This document shows positions 1-9,080 of a DNA stretch of 64,000 bases, one piece after another (within the stretch, counting starts at the first letter, position 1; each line of letters starts with the position of its first letter). A model generated the notes under the pieces. That model saw nothing but the letters and a program-made list of their open reading frames with translations, was not told the origin of the DNA and did not search any database. The stretch lies in contig CAVXVV010000040.1 of assembly GCA_963765195.1 (NCBI GenBank), positions 4,754 through 68,753 on the forward strand, read 5' to 3'. The translations under genes and the position numbers were made by a program. Source of the DNA: an uncultured Candidatus Rokubacteria bacterium. GTDB taxonomy: Bacteria; Methylomirabilota; Methylomirabilia; Rokubacteriales; DASRDR01.

Positions 1-101
1 TGGAAGCCGCCCTGGGGATCACTCGCGAGGACACCCGGACCGCGGAGTACTACCGGACGGCGGCGCCGAGCACCCGGCATGTTCGTCTGGATTCGGCCTG
101 A
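1..101 (+). CDS. 3' end of a DUF2997-like small protein (partial)
   Basis: Frame from base 3 reads EAALGITREDTRTAEYYRTAAPSTRHVRLDSA*, resembling the 'LEEALG...RTAEYY' C-terminus of DUF2997; not in the ORF track. Confidence 0.6.
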   Translation, partial: EAALGITREDTRTAEYYRTAAPSTRHVRLDSA

Positions 102-330
102 CGGTACCGTCCATCTCGTCTACGACGACGCGTTGCGGGGTCTGCTCGCGCTCGGGCCGGCCGCGATTCGCCGCGCGTCCCACGTCGAGCCCACGCCCGA
201 CGGGCGGTGGACGGCCGACCTCGGACCGATGGAGGGACCCGTGCTCGGGCCGTTCACGACCCGGGCGGCCGCGCTCGAAGCCGAGCAGGTGTGGCTGGTG
301 CACCACTTCGCGTCCGGACACCCCCAGTGA
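79..330 (+). CDS. Conserved hypothetical 83-aa protein of Ycf46/DUF2997-type element clusters
   Basis: IRRASHVEP...GRWTADLGP..GPVLGPF.TR.AAL.AE.VWL motif recalled from similar clusters in Planctomycetota; high GC3 codon usage. Confidence 0.75.
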   Translation: MFVWIRPDGTVHLVYDDALRGLLALGPAAIRRASHVEPTPDGRWTADLGPMEGPVLGPFTTRAAALEAEQVWLVHHFASGHPQ

Positions 331-341
331 GGAGAGTGATT

Positions 342-728
342 GTGCGATCCGAGTCGCTGGCTTCCGCCACCGCCATCCCCCCGGACCCGCCCGAGGCCCG
401 CGCGCCCGCGCGGGTGCATGCGTCCCTCACGGCCCTGCCCGGACTCCTGGCGGAGGCGGATCTCGCCGAAGCGCACGTCGAGGGCCGCGACCGACGCACC
501 GGGACGCTCGTCGCGTACAGCTTCGTCACGATCCACCGGGCGCTGGCCCTGCACGTCGCGGAAGCCGTCCGCGCGGCGCTCGCACGGCTCGAGATCGAGG
601 TCAGACCCGACGGATCCCGCCAGGAAGCGCGCGAGGCGTCCGACCGCGAGGGTTCGCACGCCGACGGCGCCGCCGCGGGCCATGTGGCCCCACAGGAGCG
701 CGATGATGTCCCGGGCCAGTATCTCTGA
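342..728 (+). CDS. Hypothetical protein
   Basis: GGAG RBS at 331-334, GTG start, packed between neighbouring ORFs. Confidence 0.55.
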   Translation: MRSESLASATAIPPDPPEARAPARVHASLTALPGLLAEADLAEAHVEGRDRRTGTLVAYSFVTIHRALALHVAEAVRAALARLEIEVRPDGSRQEAREASDREGSHADGAAAGHVAPQERDDVPGQYL

Positions 729-729
729 G

Positions 730-1071
730 GTGACCGGCGGCGTGCGGCGACGCCGCATCGCCGGCTCACGACGGCGCGGTCGAAGAGCACGCCACGTCGG
801 CGGCCGGGGGCCGGCGATCCCGTCGCTGGCCATCGTCGTCCAAGGCGGGACCGTCCAGGGCGTCTATGCGGGGCGGCGCGGTCGATTCACGGTGCACCTC
901 CTCGACGACGACGACCTCCGCGCCGACGACGACCTCGCCGAGGGCGTCGCGACGACCGGCATGCTGCCCGAGCTGGCCGTCGAACCCGGGCTCGCGACCG
1001 CCGTGGCCGAGTACCGCGCGGTGGCCGCCCATCAGGCGCGACATCGGCCGGCCGTGGAGATCGGGTCGTGA
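730..1071 (+). CDS. Hypothetical protein
   Basis: GTG immediately after the upstream stop; IVVQGGTVQGVY...VHLLDDDD pattern typical of small phage/ICE proteins; stop overlaps next start (GTGA). Confidence 0.55.
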   Translation: MTGGVRRRRIAGSRRRGRRARHVGGRGPAIPSLAIVVQGGTVQGVYAGRRGRFTVHLLDDDDLRADDDLAEGVATTGMLPELAVEPGLATAVAEYRAVAAHQARHRPAVEIGS

Positions 1072-1421
1072 CGACGGTGCGTGCGTCCGTCTCCCGCTGC
1101 GTCGTGTGTCAGCCTCCGGGGCGGCCGGCGTCCCGGCGCTGTGCGGACTGCCGGGAGCCGGTGCACCAGCGTGGCCAGGCCGCGCACGCCTGCGCCCCGA
1201 AGCGGGCACGCATGGCGGCCCTGGAGGCGGCGGCCCGCGCACGGCTCCTGACCTATCGCGTGATCCTCACCCTCCACGTGGACCAGGCCCTCGACTCGCC
1301 GGCCTCATGGGACTGGCCGAGCCGTCTCGGGCTGCGTCCGCCCGAGCGCGTGGTCGCCCACGTGGAGCGGCTCCGCGAGGAGACCGGTGAGACTGGCGCA
1401 CCCGTGAGGCCGCCATCGTGA
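1068..1421 (+). CDS. Hypothetical protein with putative Zn-binding CxxC...CxxC...H...HxC motif
   Basis: CVVC, CADC, H and HAC residues; GTGA overlaps at both ends. Confidence 0.6.
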   Translation: MTTVRASVSRCVVCQPPGRPASRRCADCREPVHQRGQAAHACAPKRARMAALEAAARARLLTYRVILTLHVDQALDSPASWDWPSRLGLRPPERVVAHVERLREETGETGAPVRPPS

Positions 1422-1684
1422 CCCGCCTCAGCGGCGACGAGCTGCGCGACGGCGACGTCTGGAACGGCTTCGACGACGCGCTCCAGGTCTGGGTCATCGA
1501 CGGGGTCGCGCAGTCCTGCGGGCACCCGGTGGCGATGCCGCGCGGGGGCGCCTGCTGCCCGGCACTCCGCCTGGCCGGCCGCCGCATCGAGACGATTCCC
1601 GGTGCGCAGCGCCGCCCTCCCACGGCGGACGGCGGCGCGGGATCGAGCCGAACGGATCACCCCGGGCCTCGCACCGAGGCCTGA
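1418..1684 (+). CDS. Small Cys/His hypothetical protein
   Basis: GFDDALQVWVIDG...CGHP...CCP motif; translationally coupled to upstream ORF. Confidence 0.6.
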   Translation: MTRLSGDELRDGDVWNGFDDALQVWVIDGVAQSCGHPVAMPRGGACCPALRLAGRRIETIPGAQRRPPTADGGAGSSRTDHPGPRTEA

Positions 1685-1757
1685 GCCACCTCGACCCCCC
1701 CGCGTGCGTGGCGCACACCCGCACGCGTCTTCTCTTCCGCTGCCCAGGGAGAACGGC

Positions 1758-3318
1758 ATGCTGAGTCCATTTGCCGAACGGCTTCGCGACTACCTGCGCG
1801 CGGGATACCCCGCGCTCGCCGTCGTCACGCACGAGGAGGAACGCCTGCTCGGCGACCTCCGGACGCTCACAGACCGCCGGGTGGGCGGTGGTGACGTGGA
1901 CCATGGCCCGCGGCTGGGTCGACGCCGACGGCCGGGTCTTGAACCAGGGGCAGGGCGACCCCCTCCGGGCGGTGCAGGCCCTGGCGACGCTCCCCGAGAA
2001 GACGGTGGCGGTCTTCTTCGACCTCCATCCCTACCTCGCCCAGCTCCCGGAACTGGTCCGCGCCGTGCGGGACGCGTTCCCGGCCGCGAAGGCCACGCAG
2101 CGGCCCCTGCTCTTCTGCTCGCCCGAGCCGACGTGGCCCGTGGAGTGGGAGAAGGACGTCGCGCCGCTCGACTATCCCTTGCCGTCGAGGGAGGCCCTCC
2201 GCGGCGTCCTCGACGAGTTGCTGGCCCCCGCGAAGGTCACCCTGTCGCCCGCCGTGCGCGACGCCATGCTCGAAGCCGCCCGCGGCCTCACGTGGAACGA
2301 GGCCGAGAACGCGTTCGCCCTGGCCCTGATGCGCGACCGGACGCGGATCGCGGCGATGCCGGCGACCGTCCAGGCCGAGAAGACCGCGCTGGTCCGGAAA
2401 TCCGGACTCCTGGACCTCCTCACGCCGGCCGAGACGCTCGACGGGGTGGGCGGGCTCGCGCCGCTCAAGGCCTGGATCGCCGGACAGGGCGCGCTCCTCG
2501 CCCGCGCCGCCGAGGCCCTCGCGTGGGGGTTCGCCGCGCGCGATCTGCCGAAGGGCGTGCTGCTCCTCGGGGTCCCGGGCACCGGCAAGAGCCTCCTCGC
2601 GCGCGCGATCGCCGGCAGCTGGGGCCTCCCGCTCCTCCGGCTCGAGATGGCCCGGATCCTCGGGAGCCTCGTCGGCCAGTCCGAGGCGCGGACGCAGAGC
2701 GCCCTCCGCCTCGCGGAGGCGATGGCCCCGTGTGTCCTCCACGTCGACGAGATCGAGAAGACGCTGGCGGGCGCGGGCGCGGGGCACCTCGATTCCGGCG
2801 TCAGCAGCCGGGTCGTTGGGAGTCTGCTCACCTGGCTCCAGGAGCGCGGACTCGGCCGGGACGGGACCCCCGCGCCGGTGTTCGTCGTGGCGACGGCGAA
2901 CCGGGTCGAGGCGCTCCCGCCGGAGCTGTTCCGCCCCGGCCGGTTCGACCAGGTGTTCTTCCTCGACCTCCCCGAGCCGACGGAGCGCGCCGCGGTCCTC
3001 GAGATCCACCTCCGCGCTCGGCGGCAGTCCGTGCCGCGCGACGCGATCGAGGCGCTCGCCGCGCGCACGGAAGGGTACAGCGCGGCCGAGCTCGAGCAGG
3101 TCGTCAAGGCGGCCTGCCTGCGCGCGTTCCAGGACGGCGGCCGCCGCCTGCATCCCGCGGACCTCGAGGCCGCGCGCCCGAGCGTCACGCCGCTGGCGGA
3201 GAGCCGCGCCGAGGAGATCGCCGTGATCCGTGGATGGGCGCGGACGCGCGCCCAGCGCGCCAACGGTCCCGCCGGGCTCGCGGACGGCCACACCGGGCGG
3301 CGCCGGCTCGACGAGTAG
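1758..3318 (+). CDS. Ycf46-type AAA+ ATPase (one frameshift near 1880)
   Basis: N-term LRDYLRAGYPALAVVTHEEER; Walker A GVPGTGKS, Walker B LHVDEIEK, ATAN sensor, RPGRFD Arg finger, C-term VTPLAESRAEEIAVIRGWA; GGGAG RBS. Confidence 0.85.
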
Positions 3319-3355
3319 CGAGTCACCCTCACTGCACCCAGGAGGGACCCCACCC

Positions 3356-4401
3356 ATGTCTGACCCCCTGGCCACCGGCATCCTCCTGAAGCTCGACGTG
3401 ACGACCTGGACCGGGTCCGCCGCCCTGAGCGCCCCCGACCTCGGACTCGACCCGGGCACCGTGGCCGCGCACTACACCCTCGGCCGCAAGCGGCTGGTGC
3501 CGAAGGCCGCCCTGGACCCGATCGCCACGATCGTCCGCCAGGCTCGCTACGCGCTCGATGGGTTGAGCCACGCGTTGCCCGACGGAAGCCGCTTCGTCCT
3601 CGCCGCGGCCACCCCCGAGGTCGAGGCGCAGCTCACCCGCACGCGGGCGCGGTTCGGCCACGCCGTCGAGACGTTCCTCGCAGGGTACCCACGGTGGCGC
3701 GCGGAGATGGCGCCCCAGTGGGACGCGGCGGCCCGCGCGGCCTGGCACACCGCGGGACGCCCAGGGGACGCCACCACCTTCGTCACGGCGTTCCTCGCCC
3801 GAGTCGCGGCCGCGTACCCCATGGCCGACGCGCTCCGGCGGCGCTTCGACTTCTTCTGGTGGACCTACTCGCTCCGGGTCGCGGGCACGGAGCGGGTGGA
3901 ACTCATCGGCCTCGCCGACGCCGAGCGGGCCCGCCGCACGGCGGACGCCACCTACCGCGCGGAGGTCGAGGCGCGCGTCGCGGCGGCGCTGGAGCAGAGC
4001 CTCGCGGGCTTCCGGGCCCAGCTCGCCGAGGCTGCCAGGCCGTCCTCGCACACCTCCGGTCCGGGCGGCCCCTCCGCGAGGGCGCGGTCGCCCGCTTGCG
4101 GCGAACCATCCAGCGCTTCCGCGCCCTCAACCTCGTCGAGGACGACGCGGTCGAGTCCCAGCTCGCCACGTTCGAGCAGACGTGCCTGGACGGCCTCGAT
4201 CCGGCCGCGGTGCACCACGCCCCCGACCTGCGCGCGACGCTCACGGCGGGGCTCCAGGCGGTCGTCGAGGCCGCCACGGCGGAGTGGCCGCAGAGTGCGC
4301 TGACCGGCCGCGCGCTGCGTCGCTTCGATGTCGAGATCGAGGGCGAACCCGGCGTCCCGGCGACCGCCGGGGCGACCCCCGAATCTCCCGTCGCCGCGTG
4401 A
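3356..4401 (+). CDS. DUF3150-like protein (frameshift near 4035)
   Basis: LKLDVTTWTGSAALSAPDLG...LGRKRLVPKAALDP N-terminus and LRRTIQRFRALNL C-terminal part in a second frame; GGAGG RBS. Confidence 0.7.
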
Positions 4402-6381
4402 CCGGCGCACGGGTCAGCCGGTGGTCCGCGATCGCCGCCTCTCACCACGAGAGCCGCACGGGGGTCAGGCCCCTCGACGAGACGCTGGCGGCCCTGCACC
4501 CGGGCCAGCGCGCGGCCGTCACCCACCCGGCCCGGCCCCTGCTGCTCGCCTGCGGGCCCGGCAGCGGCAAGACCCGGATCCTGACCCACCGGATCGAGTG
4601 GTTGATCGAGCACGAGCAGGTCGAGCCGGCCGCGATCCTCGCCCTCACCTTCTCCCGGGCGGCCGCGGACGAGCTGCGCGGGCGGGTCGCCCACGCGCTC
4701 GGCCGGCGCGCGCGGACCCTCTGGGCCGGCACCTTCCACGGGTTCGGGGCCTGGCTCCTGCGGCGCCACGCGACGGCGGTGGGTCGGACGCCCGCCTTCA
4801 CCATCCTGGATCGCGACGATACCCGTCGCCTCGTCGCCCGCCTCGCGAAGGACCTGCGCCTCGAGGGCGACCTGCCCACGCTCGTCGAGGCCCTGGAGCG
4901 GGCGAGGACCCCCGGGGTCCCTGGCACCCCAGGCCCGGTGGACCCGGCGCGGTCCCCGATCGCGGCGCTCCGGGTCGCCTATGAGGCCCGGTGCCGCCAG
5001 GCGAACGCGTTCGACTTCCTGGATCTGCTGGCGGAGCCGCTCGCGTTGCTCGCCCGTGAGCCGACCGTGCGGGCGGCGCTGCGGGCCCGCTTCCGGGCGG
5101 TGCTGGTCGACGAGGCGCAGGACCTGTGCGCCCTGCAGCACGCGCTCATCGAGGCGCTCGCCGCCCCGGACGGGGCGCTGACCCTCGCCGGCGACGATGA
5201 TCAGGCCATCTACGGCTGGCGGGGGGCGGACCTGACGCGCCTCCACGCCTTCGAGCGCACGTACCCCGGCGGCACGGTGCTGGCCGTCGGCCGGAACTAC
5301 CGGTCGACCCCGCAGATCGTGACGACGGCCGCGCGGCTCATCGCCCACAACCGGGCCCGGCGGCCCAAGCCCCTCACCGCGGTGCGGCGCACGGGGCCCG
5401 ATCCCACCGTCCTGACCTGGCCGGACGACCGGGCGGAGGCCCAGGGGCTGGCCGCCGCCTGTGCGGACTGGCTCCGCGCGAGTGCCCTCGCCGATCGCGG
5501 TCCTCGCGCGGGTGACGGCCTGCCTGACGCCGATCGCCCGCGCGTGCGCCGCGGGCGGGCTCAGCGTGCGGGTCCTGGCGGAGCGGCCCCTCGCCGAGCG
5601 CGCGGCCGTGCGCGACGTCCTCGCCGTGTGCCGCGTCCTCGTGAATCCGGCCGACTGGCCCGCGTGGGAGCGCGTGCTGCGCTGCGCAGCGCTGCGGGAT
5701 CGGCGCGAAGACCGTGGCCACCCTGCGCGGTCGCGTCGCCGTCGTCGGGGTGACCGACATCGCTGGCGGAGGTCGCGCGGACCCGCCCCCGGCTGGCGGC
5801 GCTCCTCCAGCAGCTCGCGGACTGGCGGGCCGCGCGGCTCCCGGTGAGCCAGCTCCTCGAGACACTGGCGCGGGACGTCAGCGGCCAGCCGTCGAACACG
5901 GGCCGATCGACCACCGCGGATGGCCGAGGCACGCCGAACCGAGGACCTCGCCGCGCTGGTGGCCGTCGCGCGGCGATGGGACGCGGACGGCGGCGGCAGC
6001 CTGGGCGAGTTCCTCGACACCCTCGTGCTGAGCGACGAGGACCCGGGCGCCCCCGCGGCGACCCAGGTGCTCGGTCTCACGCTCCACGCGGCGAAGGGGC
6101 TCGAGTTCGACACCGTGGTCATCGTGGGCGCCGAGGAAGGGCTCCTGCCCCACTATCGACACACCGTCCCCGAGGCGCTCGCCGAGGAGCGACGCCTCTG
6201 CTACGTGGGGATGACCCGGGCCCGGGAGCGGCTCGTGCTCTCCGTGGCCCGCATGCGACGCCTCTGGGGCGAGGTCGTCTTCCGACCGCCCTCGCGCTTC
6301 CTCCGCGAGGCGGGGCTGCACGTCCAGCCGGCCTCCCCGAGCGCCATCACCCCCACACCCCAGGAGGTCAGTCCGTCATGA
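4398..6381 (+). CDS. UvrD/PcrA-family SF1 helicase (several frameshifts at about 5490-5920)
   Basis: Motifs ACGPGSGKT, LTFSRAAA, GTFHGFG, LVDEAQD, GDDDQAIYGWRGAD, NYRSTPQI, TLHAAKGLEFD, EERRLCYVGMTRARERL. Confidence 0.85.
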
Positions 6382-7641
6382 GCCTGACCGCCGCCGAGAC
6401 CACGGCCGAGCGGCTGCCGCGGGTGAGCCCGTCCCGCCTCGAGGCCTGGGACCGGTGCCCGGCCGCGTACCGGTTTGCGTATGTCCTGGGGCTGCCGCAG
6501 CCGGTGGCCGACCAGTCGCCACGGCTGCTCGGGTCCGTGGCCCACGCGCTCGTCGAGACGTACGTCCGCGAGGCGCAGACGACGGGGACTCCACCGCCAC
6601 TCGATCGGCTCCCGGCCCTGGCGCGGGCACTCCTGAGTGGAAAGGCACTGCCGGAGGCGACGACGGCGGGGCTCGCGCGTGAGGCCACCGAGCTCGTCCG
6701 TGCGTGGCTGAGCCGTTGGACCGTGCCCCTGGCCCAGACCGTGGGCATCGAGCACGCCCTCGCGATCGATGCCAGGGGTGCGCGTGTCGCGTGGGAGGCT
6801 CCGGACGCCTTCCTCCGCGGCCGGCTCGACCTCGTGGCCGTGGAGGGTCGGCAGGCCACCGTCTACGACTGGAAGAGCGGCTGGCTGACCGAGGACGACG
6901 AGGGCCTGCGGCGCGCGTGGGCGCCGGGCTGCTACGCCGCCCTCCTGTGGGCGTGGGCGCCGCGGCTCGAGACCGTCGCCGTCGAGTACCACTACCTCCG
7001 CACCGGCCGAGTCACCCAGGCCACGTTCGCCCCGAGCGGACGCTGCCGAAACACTCGCGTGGGTGCGCACGATCGGAGCGCGCATCGCCGAGGCCCTGGC
7101 CCGCCCCGACGATCCGGCCGCCTTCCCGCCCCGGCCCTCGACCGCATGCGCCACGTGTCCCTGGGTGAACCGGTGCCCGGCTGGTCACGCCGCCCTCGAA
7201 GCCATGGCGGAGGCGCCGATCGCCGACGACGCTGAGGCTCGCCGGCTCGGCGCACTCCTGCTGGCCGGCGAGGCACGCGTGGGACGCCTCCGTGAGCGAC
7301 TTCGGCAGTACCTCCAGGACCGCGAGCCCATCGCGCTCGACGGGGTGGAGCTCGGCTTCTTCCCCACGAAGGGCCGCTACGACGCCGCGGCCGTCTTCCG
7401 CGCGGCCACCGAAGCGGGAATCGATCCCTGGCCCCTCCTCGCCGCCGACGGCCGCGCCCTTGCGACCTTTCTCAAGCGCCGGCCCGACACGGAGCGGACC
7501 CTCGCTCCGGCTTGGACCGCGACGGCGCCGTGGTTCGGCCACAGGAAGGCGGCGGCTCTATCGGCAGCGCGCCAAGCGCGGACGTCCGCGGGCACAGGAA
7601 CAGCTGCCGGGATGGTGGATCGACAGCCACAGGCCCACTGA
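6378..7641 (+). CDS. PD-(D/E)XK nuclease, AddB/Cas4-like with 4-Cys Fe-S motif (frameshift near 7035)
   Basis: SPSRLEAWDRCP, GSVAH, LRGRLDLV...DWKSG, C-terminal CATCPWVNRCP; ATGA overlap with helicase. Confidence 0.8.
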
Positions 7642-7769
7642 TCGGGTCCGCCCGGTCAGGTGCAACCGAACCGCGCTGCGCTCGTGACGCAGTGGCTCCC
7701 ATCCTCCAGGTGTCGCGGTTCCTGGCGCGGCATTTCGAAAAGGCAAGCCGGAGACCGGAGGGAAAGCGC

Positions 7770-7985
7770 ATGGCCATCATAGGCATCCGGGAGGAGCCCA
7801 CCGCACGGGGGACGGGGACCCGAGAGATTCGGAAGGGCCTCGACCGACCGGCGGTGATCATAAGCGGATCGTGCTCGGACTCCGCCTTCGTCCCGGCGGA
7901 GATCCTCCTCTGTGCGGACACGCTCGCTGCCGAGGTGGCGATGCGGGCGTGGCTCGAAGGACATGGCATCCGTCTGGCCGGCTGA
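7770..7985 (+). CDS. Small hypothetical protein
   Basis: GGAGGG RBS before ATG; no recognisable motif. Confidence 0.35.
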   Translation: MAIIGIREEPTARGTGTREIRKGLDRPAVIISGSCSDSAFVPAEILLCADTLAAEVAMRAWLEGHGIRLAG

Positions 7986-8380
7986 CAGGCTCAAGGAACG
8001 GCGGAAGGTCTCGGTGAGCCACGCCACAACCGACCGAGCCGAGAAAGGGCTCACCGGTGTTCGCCTCCGAGCGCGACCGGCGCCCCGACGTGCCATCACG
8101 TCGGCTCGCCGCACCTCAGTTCCCCTACCAGCAAAAGTCCACTCCCACCCTGGCCGACGGGGATGGAACGATGTCGCCGCCGTTCATGCGACGCTTGCCG
8201 ATCCCCCGCCATCGTCAACCTGGCGCCCCGAGCTCGAGCGCGAGGTGGTCCACTTGCTGGCCGACATCCTAGTCCGCGATTTTCAAGCACTTCCGCCGAG
8301 CCACGGTCGAATCTCGGGGGAGAAACGCCCGTAGAAATCCTCTGGACACCGGCGCGCTCGGCCTGCAGCATAGGGCCGCT

Positions 8381-9040
8381 TTGAGTCTGGATATGGAGAT
8401 AAGGGTCCTTCGGTCCAACGGTCAGCGTGCCACTATCGGGGGACCGTTCGCCGCAGTCTTCCCCGTGAACATGGGGAACAGAGGGCAAAACGTGCTCAAT
8501 GTTCCGGACACGTATCGGGCACTGCAGGTGCACTCCGGAGCTGTACGCTTCGTCGCGTACCACCCAAGGATCTCGGGGAACTTCATATTTGTGGTCGAAA
8601 CCGCCGACGCGCTCGCCGAGGCTTCCAAGATCGGTCAGGCGGTAACGGGGTTGCCCTGCCTCGCGCGACGGTTCGAAGAGTTGCAGGACCTCGACATTTC
8701 GGTCCCAAAGCATGCCTTCACCGTGAGACGCTCCGTCCTCGTGGATACTCCACGAGGGAGGCAAAGAGTAATCGCTGTATTCCTCTCGCATCCCGTCCCT
8801 CCATCGCTACGAATCACGGGACTGATCGGGCCTCGGGTGGAGAGCATCTCGTGGCCGTCTGAGCGCGATGTTCTCTGCCTCTATGACCGACCCGGTGAAG
8901 CAGGTGACGTCGGCCAAGTGACACGGAAGATGGTGGGCGTGCTGAAGCAGCGCGGAGCATCGAAGGACCTGATTGGGACGGGGCGCGCTCTTAGTGTCGT
9001 GCGCGACCTCGTGACAGGAGAGGGGTTATGGTGCGATTGA
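8381..9040 (+). CDS. Divergent DUF1697-like protein, lower GC than flanks
   Basis: PVNMG...SGNFIF...GTGRALSVVRDL resembles the DUF1697 GINVGG/SGNVVF/TARNWNTV motifs; visibly more A/T-rich. Confidence 0.45.
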   Translation: MSLDMEIRVLRSNGQRATIGGPFAAVFPVNMGNRGQNVLNVPDTYRALQVHSGAVRFVAYHPRISGNFIFVVETADALAEASKIGQAVTGLPCLARRFEELQDLDISVPKHAFTVRRSVLVDTPRGRQRVIAVFLSHPVPPSLRITGLIGPRVESISWPSERDVLCLYDRPGEAGDVGQVTRKMVGVLKQRGASKDLIGTGRALSVVRDLVTGEGLWCD

Positions 9041-9080
9041 CGATCGGCGCGGGTCGGTCAAACGATCGAGACTGCTCGGT

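Noticed and set aside
4461-4473. GGGGTCAGGCCCC near the UvrD start
   Set aside because: Single core without TCAAA/TTTGA flanks or partner arm; may be chance in GC-rich coding DNA
6378-7641. Cas4-like nuclease as a sign of CRISPR-Cas
   Set aside because: No repeat-spacer array and no cas1/cas2 or effector genes seen; fits a stand-alone PD-(D/E)XK nuclease
8096-8791. 231-aa minus-strand ORF in the low-GC patch
   Set aside because: Overlaps the plus-strand DUF1697-like ORF, which has recognisable motifs and matches the element's orientation
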